Assembly: GCA_964544545.1 (NCBI GenBank)
Contig: CAZJCG010000015.1
Coordinates: 6,735 to 70,734, forward strand
Reading direction: 5' to 3'
Length of the DNA stretch: 64,000 nt
Source: an uncultured Lentimicrobiaceae bacterium
Lineage (GTDB): Bacteria; Bacteroidota; Bacteroidia; Bacteroidales; UBA4417
This document shows positions 56,453 to 64,000 of this stretch, in pieces. The translations under genes were made by a program, and so were the position numbers. Numbering within the stretch: the first letter of the stretch is position 1; each line of letters starts with the position of its first letter. The notes under the pieces were generated by a model, which saw nothing but the letters and a program-made list of their open reading frames with translations, made no database searches and was not told the DNA's origin.

Positions 56453-57421
56453 ATGCGTATATACAGGTCGATAGGTGAATTTAAGTCTTCCTGCCATCCC
56501 GTGGCTACTGTGGGCGTTTTCGACGGCATCCACAAAGGTCACTGGGAGATACTCCGCCGATTGATCGCATCAGCCAGAGAAAAGAACTGCGAATCCGTAG
56601 TGATCACCTTCGATCCGCATCCGCGTCTGGTGGTAGGAAACCCGTCGGAAGTTCGCCTGCTGCAGTCGATTGATGAAAAGATCGAACGGTTTCGTCAGGC
56701 AGGTGTGGATGTGTTGCTCATTATACCGTTTGACAAGGATTTCGCCACAATCTCTCCCCGCGATTTTATTCAGAATGTACTGATTGACGGCGTCCGTGTC
56801 AGCAAAGTGATTACCGGCTACGATCATTATTTCGGCCGGTCAAGGATGGGCGACTTCACTCTTTTCCAGGAAATTGGCAAAGAGGCCGGTTTTGAAGTTG
56901 AACAGGTGGAAGCTGTAAGCCATTGCAACCGTACTGTCAGCTCCTCTCTCATCCGTCAGGCCCTGACCGACGGCGACATCAGCCTCGCCAACTGCATGCT
57001 GGGATATACCTATTCGCTGAAAGGGAAAGTGGTGAGAGGAAACCAGATCGGAAAGCTGATCGGCTTCCCGACTGCCAATATTCATCCCTTCGACCCCAAC
57101 AAAATTATCCCGGCACAGGGCGTCTATGCCTCCCTGATCCGATGGAACGGCAATATTTACAAGGGAATGAGCAATATAGGCATCCGCCCGACTATCGATG
57201 CTAACCGGCTGACAGTTGAGGTGAATATCTTTGATTTCGAAGAAGATATCTATGCCGAAACCATCACGCTTTATTTCTATCAGCGTACACGCGACGAAAA
57301 ACGTTTCGGCGGCCTGGAACAACTCCGGGATCAACTCAATAATGACAGAGAGGAAGTCAGACTACTGCTAGCCGGGATCTCAGAAAAATCCTTCTCTCCC
57401 GACGCTCACGCCTCTGAATAA
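56453..57421 (+). CDS. ribF: Bifunctional riboflavin kinase / FMN adenylyltransferase
   Basis: VGVFDGIHKGH, then the riboflavin kinase half GNQIGKLIGFPTANI...VEVNIFDFEEDIY. Confidence 0.9.
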   Translation: MRIYRSIGEFKSSCHPVATVGVFDGIHKGHWEILRRLIASAREKNCESVVITFDPHPRLVVGNPSEVRLLQSIDEKIERFRQAGVDVLLIIPFDKDFATISPRDFIQNVLIDGVRVSKVITGYDHYFGRSRMGDFTLFQEIGKEAGFEVEQVEAVSHCNRTVSSSLIRQALTDGDISLANCMLGYTYSLKGKVVRGNQIGKLIGFPTANIHPFDPNKIIPAQGVYASLIRWNGNIYKGMSNIGIRPTIDANRLTVEVNIFDFEEDIYAETITLYFYQRTRDEKRFGGLEQLRDQLNNDREEVRLLLAGISEKSFSPDAHASE

Positions 57422-57430
57422 TTTGCCTTT

Positions 57431-59008
57431 TCACTGTTTTACCAATTCCCGGGGCCTGGCCTGCAGGTTGATCAGCCTGTACACGTAAAAGGAATAGGCT
57501 GTTCTGCCTGACCTCATAACCTGCAAGGTATCCGGAGGAAGTATCTTTCTGTAATACACAAATGGCAGGGTGACCGGATCGCGGAAATCGATGCTTGAAG
57601 TGATATACCAGGCATCGGTATTTAGCCGGAATCCTCCGTGCCGGTTGTTAATCCAGGCATAATGATGGATGGCATCCAGCTCACCTGCAGCCAGCACTAC
57701 CTTCCCCGCCGGACGGGCTACATAGTATTCCAGGTTAGCCGCGGGAAACCAGCGATAGGTGACCAACGGCGAATCCTCCCTGATCGAACCTTCCTGCTCA
57801 TATTTCCGCGACAGCTCTCCGAATTTCGATCCAAGTTGCTTCCAGCCGTATACCTGCAGCGAAAAATCTTCTATCTTGCTTTTCCGGCCCGACTTCTCCA
57901 CCGAAGGCAGTTGTATAAAACCTGTGACGGTCTGGGCGATTGCTCCGCCAACAATTATTATCATCACCGTAAGTGAGACGACGAGAACCGGCCGGAAGAT
58001 TTTATCCATATCAGGTTTCAATTCCCTGATCCATAAGGCTGCCAGAGGGATCAGCGTCGTATAACCCGGTCCCGACCAGTGTGGCAGCGTATTCCTGAAC
58101 AACGACAGGCCCAGGAATACAGCGATAAGTGGCAATCCCGACAGCAGCAAGATCCTTACACGGGGATCTTCCCGGATGTCAGCGGAACGAAAAGCCGCGA
58201 CAACCGCCAGAAGGATCAGAATGAAATTGACGGGATTATGGTACAGGATCTCGCCGCCCGCCTCAGTGAGGAATGTTCCAAAACCCAGACGTCCTTCCCA
58301 GAGCACACTCCTTCCGCCCTGGTAAGCGAAGCTGATGAAATCATATTGCGCATTCCAGATCAGCACGATCGAGAAAAAGGCAATCATGATAAGGCTTGCC
58401 AGGTAGAACGACCAGGAACGGAGCCAGCGCCTGTTAAAGAGTAAAATATAACCTGCCATCCCGGCCCAAAGAAAGATGGTGGTGTATTTCGACAACAGGC
58501 CCAGTCCCAGCAGAATTCCTGTCAGGATCATCATTCGGTTTCCACGGCTACCGATCTCTTCCCGGGGTAAGTTATCCAGCATGAGCAACAAGGCAAGCAG
58601 CCAGCAACACATCTGAGGCGTATCGGGCAGGATGAAGATCCCGGTGATCACAAACCCATAGAGGGAGGCTGAGAACAACAAAGCGGCATACCAGCCCGTC
58701 AGTTCGTCTTTCAGCCTTTTGCCGATCCGGAACATCAGCCAGATATTGAAAGTGCCAAAAAGAACGGATGCCAGACGGACAAAGAATTCCTGCTGGAAAT
58801 GCAGGTTAAGGGTGAACAGCCGGATCAGCCAGCCGACCATGGGAGGATGGTCGAAATAACTGAGTGCCGGATAAGCGGCATAGGTCCAGTAATACACCTC
58901 ATCGTTGCCCAGCTCGAACAGTCCGGCAATCAATGCCCGGGTAACAGCCGAAAAGACCATCAGGAAGATGATCCAATGTTTGATCTGTGGCTTCTTTCCG
59001 GCAGGCAT
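57431..59008 (-). CDS. Glycosyltransferase family 39 (ArnT/PMT-like) membrane protein
   Basis: GNDEVYYWTYAAYPALSYFDHPPMVGWL first-loop motif and more than 10 TM helices. ATG 59008 (MPAGKKPQ) is preferred; the track start 59251 overlaps the upstream gene. Confidence 0.8.
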   Translation of the reverse strand: MPAGKKPQIKHWIIFLMVFSAVTRALIAGLFELGNDEVYYWTYAAYPALSYFDHPPMVGWLIRLFTLNLHFQQEFFVRLASVLFGTFNIWLMFRIGKRLKDELTGWYAALLFSASLYGFVITGIFILPDTPQMCCWLLALLLMLDNLPREEIGSRGNRMMILTGILLGLGLLSKYTTIFLWAGMAGYILLFNRRWLRSWSFYLASLIMIAFFSIVLIWNAQYDFISFAYQGGRSVLWEGRLGFGTFLTEAGGEILYHNPVNFILILLAVVAAFRSADIREDPRVRILLLSGLPLIAVFLGLSLFRNTLPHWSGPGYTTLIPLAALWIRELKPDMDKIFRPVLVVSLTVMIIIVGGAIAQTVTGFIQLPSVEKSGRKSKIEDFSLQVYGWKQLGSKFGELSRKYEQEGSIREDSPLVTYRWFPAANLEYYVARPAGKVVLAAGELDAIHHYAWINNRHGGFRLNTDAWYITSSIDFRDPVTLPFVYYRKILPPDTLQVMRSGRTAYSFYVYRLINLQARPRELVKQ

Positions 59009-59114
59009 GGTATGAGGATAGGAGTTATCCCGGGTCAGGGATATGTCGCTGGTATGGTCAAATTGAGCCCGTAAAGATAGGGCATATTGAATCCGGATAG
59101 GAAATGCAGGAATG

Positions 59115-60341
59115 TCACTTTTTAAAGCGCCTGCGCAATACCACGATGTTGATTGCCATAAACAGCAGTGATCCGAATCCGATGATCCTGTACACCCAGG
59201 TTCCGGCCTTATCCACCCGGGCATGCTCCATTTCGGGGCGCCTGCCGTCATTGGTGCGGATTATAGGATTCAGGTACATGGAAATCCCTTCCTGATCGTG
59301 TGGGGTGGAATAAAGGACAACAGTCCTGATGTAAGTATCTTCCGGCTGCAGAGCATAGAAGGCATGCCTGCTGCGTGCAAGTTTTGAAAGCAACTTACCC
59401 GACTGTCCGAAGAAACGGAATTCGAGTGCTTCGGAACCGGCAGTCACAAACAGGGTATCGTTCCGGACTACCACGGAAGTAATAACAGACAGGCTGTCGA
59501 AACGCGCTGTCTTACTCTCATACGTTTCGTTGCCGGGCATCCGGATCTCTACGCCGTACGAATTACCTGCCCTGAGTGCACGAAGGATGCTCTCCCTCGT
59601 ATTGTCCGGGGCATTCACCATCATCAGCCGCCGCGACACTTCACCGGGATCATCCAGGCTGTGCATGTCATCATCGGCCATGAGGAAAACAGGCTTGCCT
59701 GCCGACAAGGCTGAATCCCAATCAGGAATGGAATTCCGGTATCCGTTCAGCGCCTCAATGAAATCATAATTGGTGAGGTACCGGAAGTCGTTGGGGTTAT
59801 AGCCTCCGAAAAAAACGGGGTGGTTGATGGAGAGAAGTTCTGTCCGGCTTCGCAACAGGTTCAAAATGTATTGCTTATGATGGATGTTTTGCCCGAAGGG
59901 CAGATCGTACCAGAGCACTTTCTTTGCTCCTATGCTCAGTTGATGACTTTTAAATATCCCGTAACCGTGTTCGTAAACCGGGATGTAATAGGGTTGTGAA
60001 GCGTTCAGGGTGTCAATAAACTGGTAGTTGCTGATGCCAATGCTTTCATATCCAAGCTTGCGATAGCGATCCCAAACCTTGTGATTGCTGTTGTCGCTAC
60101 CATTGGTGATCCCGCCCCAGGCATGTGAGTGCATGTGCAGATTGGTGCGCCTCCATTGCAGCGAATCCATATCCTGGTAAGGATTATACCATATACTGCC
60201 TGAAAAGGGCTTTGGAGCTGGGAAAATATACCGCTCTGCAATCAGGTAGTTGAAGACGAAGATCAACAGGAAGAGCCCAAAGGAGATTCCAAAAACCTTA
60301 AAAATGAACTTCAGGGACTTCAGGAGAAGGCGGAACAGCAT
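59115..60341 (-). CDS. Membrane-anchored PHP/CehA-like putative metal-dependent phosphoesterase
   Basis: N-terminal TM anchor. NLHMHSHAWGG (HxH) and later DDDMH motifs suggest a PHP-type fold. The assignment is tentative. Confidence 0.45.
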   Translation of the reverse strand: MLFRLLLKSLKFIFKVFGISFGLFLLIFVFNYLIAERYIFPAPKPFSGSIWYNPYQDMDSLQWRRTNLHMHSHAWGGITNGSDNSNHKVWDRYRKLGYESIGISNYQFIDTLNASQPYYIPVYEHGYGIFKSHQLSIGAKKVLWYDLPFGQNIHHKQYILNLLRSRTELLSINHPVFFGGYNPNDFRYLTNYDFIEALNGYRNSIPDWDSALSAGKPVFLMADDDMHSLDDPGEVSRRLMMVNAPDNTRESILRALRAGNSYGVEIRMPGNETYESKTARFDSLSVITSVVVRNDTLFVTAGSEALEFRFFGQSGKLLSKLARSRHAFYALQPEDTYIRTVVLYSTPHDQEGISMYLNPIIRTNDGRRPEMEHARVDKAGTWVYRIIGFGSLLFMAINIVVLRRRFKK

Positions 60342-60426
60342 TCAGAAAGAAGGAATTAGTAAAACTGCCTGGGATTAATGGCAGCTAAGTTACAACAAAT
60401 CGACTGACAGAAGGTTCAGGAACTTA

Positions 60427-62484
60427 TCATGGATAAACAACCTTCACCACTCTGGAATCATATCCGGTCAGGATCCTGCAAAAATAGATCCCTTTGCCCG
60501 GCAGTTTGTCGCCAACCGGCAGCTGGTAATTGCCGGCAGCCTGGTTCCCTTCAAAAAGGCAACCTAACAATTTACCACCGGTATCAAACAAATCAATCCT
60601 AACCCTGGAAGGTGTTGAAACGGAATATTCCAACAAGGTATTTGCTGAGGCAGGATTCGGGTAAAGCAGGTAATTTACTCCGGAATATTGAAGATTGTCA
60701 GGTATCGATAAAGGCGATTGAGAATATGTAGAAAGCATCACTCCATAATTTCCGCAAAGCCATTTGTAACTGTCAGATGAAAAATCCATGGAGATAAAGG
60801 CTACTCCGGGGATGGAATTATCATACTCCCAACTGATCCCGTCATATTGCATAATTCCATTCGGATTCCTGATATAGCCTTCCTCAGCATCATGCATGTA
60901 AATATCCGGAGATTCATTTATGTAGTTATGCTGGTTGGCGACTTCTTCTGTTAGTATTCCTGAAAGCAGATCATACCTGTAAACGTTCCCAAATCCGCCT
61001 ACGATCCAACACTTTTCTCCATCGAAAGCGCCGACCCGCTCAAAATTATCCGGAAAATCTGTTCTGATCGGATTCCATGTATTCCCATCGTATTGAAACA
61101 ATATGGATGACACATAGGCTCTTCTCGCTAGAGCGTATCCCATTGTGGGGCTGACCATGCAGAAATCCTTCAATTCAGCGCCACTGATTCCGGTTAGTTC
61201 AGTATTCCATTCTTCACCGTTGTAAAAGTAAATTCCGAGTGAACTCATCACCCAGATATGATTGGTATCCAGTACTTTCAACCTGATAACATAACCGGAA
61301 CCGGGCACTTCGTGGTCGCTCCAGATACCATTATTATATATCAGAAAATGGAAATGATCGGAGTCTTCAGGCCGGCTTGCAATAGCATATCCATGAAGGG
61401 AATCAGTGAATTGAACATCAGAAAAATAATAATCAGGAAGAATGGTATCTGGTTCCAGCAACCCATTCGCATACCGGTAAATAAAATTTTTATTCGCTAC
61501 CATCCATCCATGGGTTGAATCGGGAAAGCTTATATGATAAAAGGAATTATCTGTTTGTCCGTTGCATAGTCTCCAGTGGCCATCTGTGTTTCGGTATATG
61601 TTTCCCGATTCGCCTACAGCCCAGTAGCTGCCATCCGTGCCATATATATCATTCAGGGGTGTTCCCACGATCGTGTCAATTGACCAGTCACCATTTTGAA
61701 ATTTGAAAATATGGCCTCTGGTATCGCCTACGTAGAACCAGCCTCCGGTCCCTGAAGCAAATGCTGTTGCGGAATCAGGCATAAATATGGTCCGGACAAA
61801 GGGCGATATAATCCCGGCAGTGATAGTTCCCTGATTATAATTGCAGATCATATCTTCGTCCATTTCGACTCTGCTGAGAACACCATGTTGCGGATCGGGG
61901 AAGCTTAAATATTTGTAGCTGTCATCAAAAGTTTGCCGCACCGACCAGTTTGATCCGTCAAAATGAAGTAAACAACAGCTGCCCTGCCATTTCCCTAAAG
62001 CAAAACCGTTGCCCGGGGACGAAAATTTCATCGCAGAGATACCCAGCGTATCCAAATCCGGCTGATAGGTCCATTCACCAGCGATTAACCGCATGATCGT
62101 ATCCCCCGAAATCCATCCGTCGTTGCCAAAAAAGGCTATATACGTAAGGTTTTTGGCTTCAGGTATGCTTTGATCCGACCAGCTCCCGTTTTCATATTTC
62201 AGGATACAACCGTTCTCGCCAACGGCCCAGCCATGCTGTACATCCGAAAAACTGACTGAACGCAGATCGTCCGTGCGCGGACTTACCTGACGTTTCCAGT
62301 GCTGGCCGTCCCAGACAAGGATCTTACCGAGGTCGCCAACGGCCCAGGCATGATGCTCATTTACCTGAAAAACAGAATTCAGCCTGATCCCGTCAGGATA
62401 AGGATTGTACCATTTCCATTGTGTCTGGCCAATGAGAAGGACCGGCAGAAAAAATAACAGTGAGAATAAAATAACAGTCTTCAT
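60427..62484 (-). CDS. Secreted beta-propeller (Ycf48/BNR-like repeat) protein with a T9SS type A C-terminal sorting domain
   Basis: Signal peptide. Repeated W..Q/GW..G.. motifs. C-terminus YPNPASANTLLEYSVSTPSRVRIDLFDTGGKLL...GIYFCRILTGYDSRVVKVVY. Confidence 0.75.
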   Translation of the reverse strand: MKTVILFSLLFFLPVLLIGQTQWKWYNPYPDGIRLNSVFQVNEHHAWAVGDLGKILVWDGQHWKRQVSPRTDDLRSVSFSDVQHGWAVGENGCILKYENGSWSDQSIPEAKNLTYIAFFGNDGWISGDTIMRLIAGEWTYQPDLDTLGISAMKFSSPGNGFALGKWQGSCCLLHFDGSNWSVRQTFDDSYKYLSFPDPQHGVLSRVEMDEDMICNYNQGTITAGIISPFVRTIFMPDSATAFASGTGGWFYVGDTRGHIFKFQNGDWSIDTIVGTPLNDIYGTDGSYWAVGESGNIYRNTDGHWRLCNGQTDNSFYHISFPDSTHGWMVANKNFIYRYANGLLEPDTILPDYYFSDVQFTDSLHGYAIASRPEDSDHFHFLIYNNGIWSDHEVPGSGYVIRLKVLDTNHIWVMSSLGIYFYNGEEWNTELTGISGAELKDFCMVSPTMGYALARRAYVSSILFQYDGNTWNPIRTDFPDNFERVGAFDGEKCWIVGGFGNVYRYDLLSGILTEEVANQHNYINESPDIYMHDAEEGYIRNPNGIMQYDGISWEYDNSIPGVAFISMDFSSDSYKWLCGNYGVMLSTYSQSPLSIPDNLQYSGVNYLLYPNPASANTLLEYSVSTPSRVRIDLFDTGGKLLGCLFEGNQAAGNYQLPVGDKLPGKGIYFCRILTGYDSRVVKVVYP

Positions 62485-62697
62485 AGTATAAATATTTCAT
62501 TGTGGATAGTATCTCAAATTTATGTAATTATCCTGATAGTGTGCAACGTGAGAAAAAATAATATGCAAACAAATACAATATGTCGGACTTTCTGCGTTTC
62601 CTATTGATACCGGAATACTAAACTACATCTGCGGTTGTCATATATTTGTAACTATCCACTACTGCCGGAATTCATCGAATAAGAACCTGTTGCGCCC

Positions 62698-64000
62698 ATG
62701 ATCCCTAAGGTTACCCTTATCTTTCTGATTGTAATAAATGTGGCGGCAAAGGCTGTTTGTCAACCGTTCTCGTTCAGTTCGTATGATATTTCGGATGGAT
62801 TGTCACAGTCGGTGGTGAACTGCATTTTCCAGGATTCGCGCGGATTTATCTGGATCGGGACCCAAAACGGACTGAACCGCTTCGATGGTTATAATTTCAA
62901 AGTATATACCTATAAACCGGGTGATACGACCTCCATTTCCAATAACTGGATCTTTGGAATAGCCGAGGATAAAGCCGGCAACCTCTGGATTGGCACCAAA
63001 TCGGGGCTGAACAAGTATTTCAGGAACGAAGACCGGTTTGACCGGATCCGCTACAATACTCCCTATAAGAGTGATATCACCACTTGTGTTTACGATGTCA
63101 AATGTTCGGGCGACGGCCTGATCATGATCAATACCCCGCCGGTTCTCACCCTGCTCAACCCGGAGAACGGTAAATGCTCCCATAAGGTCGTACCTCTTGA
63201 ATTTGACGGCAGCGTCAAAGACAATACGATTCCGGTGTTGCAGGACCAGCAGGGGAATATCTGGACGGGCTCAACGCGCGGGCTAAGCTGCTACAGTACT
63301 TACACCGGGAAAATACGGGTATTCGTGCACGATCCGCAAAATCCCAGAAGCCTCTCCGATAATACGGTCACGGCCCTTTTCCAGGACGTTGCCGGGAACC
63401 TTTGGGTTGGAACAGCTCACGGCCTGAACCTGCTGGATCCGAACTGGAAGGGATTTGAACGGTATTACAGCGGCACCGGGGAGCAAAGCCTTCCGAATGA
63501 CTTCATCCGGGCTGTCCTTGGCGACCGTTTCGGGAATATCTGGATCGGCATGGAAGGTGGTGGCCTTAGCCGGCTTCGGTACAAAGCGAAAGGCGAGCCC
63601 TTTTTTGAAAATTTCACTACGGGGAAACACAACCTGAACCATTCCATTGTGCTCTCCCTGTGCATCGATCAATCCGAAAACCTTTGGATCGGGACACTTT
63701 CCGGGATCAACCGGACGGACCTGAAGAAAACAAAGTTCAGGCTGTACCGCAGGAGTGATGCGCCCGGCTCGATAGACCTATCGGGGAATGTTATAGCCTC
63801 AGTCTACAAAGATCTCTTCAACGTCCTTTGGATCGGCACCTGGGGACAGGGGTTGAATCTTTATGACCGGAAGACAGGAAAGATTGAGCATTACTCGACA
63901 CAGGCAGGTGGCAAATATCACCTGCCAAATGACTATATCCACACCATCTTCGTTGATCACAACCACCGGTTATGGCTGGGTACACGCGACGGGCTCCTGG
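62698..64000 (+). CDS. Two-component regulator propeller (Reg_prop) sensor protein, N-terminal part; 3' end lies outside the window
   Basis: My own translation from ATG 62698: MIPKVTLIFLIVINVAAKAVCQ..., followed by repeated Reg_prop units (GFIWIGTQNGLNRFDG, GNLWIGTKSGLNKY, GNLWVGTAHGLNLLD, GNIWIGMEGGGLSRL, NLWIGTLSGINR). Not in the ORF track because it runs off the edge. The minus-strand ORFs at 62803-63672 are shadows. Confidence 0.8.
   Translation, partial: MIPKVTLIFLIVINVAAKAVCQPFSFSSYDISDGLSQSVVNCIFQDSRGFIWIGTQNGLNRFDGYNFKVYTYKPGDTTSISNNWIFGIAEDKAGNLWIGTKSGLNKYFRNEDRFDRIRYNTPYKSDITTCVYDVKCSGDGLIMINTPPVLTLLNPENGKCSHKVVPLEFDGSVKDNTIPVLQDQQGNIWTGSTRGLSCYSTYTGKIRVFVHDPQNPRSLSDNTVTALFQDVAGNLWVGTAHGLNLLDPNWKGFERYYSGTGEQSLPNDFIRAVLGDRFGNIWIGMEGGGLSRLRYKAKGEPFFENFTTGKHNLNHSIVLSLCIDQSENLWIGTLSGINRTDLKKTKFRLYRRSDAPGSIDLSGNVIASVYKDLFNVLWIGTWGQGLNLYDRKTGKIEHYSTQAGGKYHLPNDYIHTIFVDHNHRLWLGTRDGLL

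Noticed and set aside
55838-56542. 234-aa minus-strand ORF
   Set aside because: It is antisense to asd and extends into the ribF 5' end, with no recognisable motifs.
62803-63672. Minus-strand ORFs 62803-63183 and 63283-63672
   Set aside because: They are antisense to the Reg_prop sensor gene, which runs off the window edge and is therefore missing from the ORF track.

Overview
This 64 kb window looks like chromosomal DNA from a member of the Bacteroidota. The evidence is a SusC/SusD pair, T9SS type A and type B C-terminal sorting domains, a PorP/SprF gene, an ExbB-ExbD-ExbD-TonB cluster and TAnnTTTG-type -7 boxes. I can support about 50 protein-coding genes, two tRNAs (Leu-CAA, Ser-GGA), several intrinsic terminators, two gene relics and two loci of short-period repeats. 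All family assignments come from reading the translated ORFs against motifs I remember; no database search was run.

The main blocks are:
- 1-13.8 kb: a tightly packed minus-strand SusCD operon headed by a ribokinase. Its only predicted enzymes are three exported ADP-ribosylglycohydrolase-fold proteins and two tandem esterases. This is the most interesting candidate for an uncharacterised nutrient-acquisition system.
- 13.9-18.6 kb: a conserved all-helical hypothetical protein, followed by an unusual trio of a DUF364-like Rossmann protein, an ATP-grasp protein and a MobA-like nucleotidyltransferase.
- 18.7-20.2 kb: a tRNA-Leu flanked by a degraded GIY-YIG gene, an 8-bp repeat array and a RES/Xre toxin-antitoxin pair.
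- 20-34 kb: housekeeping genes (rluB, usp, yraN, ldcA, a GT9 glycosyltransferase, tonB, gcvH, exbBD, fur, bfr, ansA, tatD).
- 34.7-38.8 kb: a T9SS type B cargo protein with its PorP/SprF partner.
- 39.8-43.1 kb: a fusion of a TolB-like propeller and an outer-membrane beta-barrel.
- 44.4-47.1 kb: a class II ribonucleotide reductase, followed by an ~850 bp non-coding mosaic of short repeats.
- 48-51.7 kb: a membrane-embedded spermidine-synthase-like protein followed by an AmmeMemoRadiSam-type radical SAM enzyme that carries a Tat-like leader.
- 52-64 kb: comF, a lamin-tail-domain protein, asd, ribF, a GT39 glycosyltransferase, a PHP-like protein, a T9SS type A cargo protein and the start of a Reg_prop sensor.

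Many long ORFs in the six-frame track are antisense shadows or 5' over-extensions, and these are listed as rejected.
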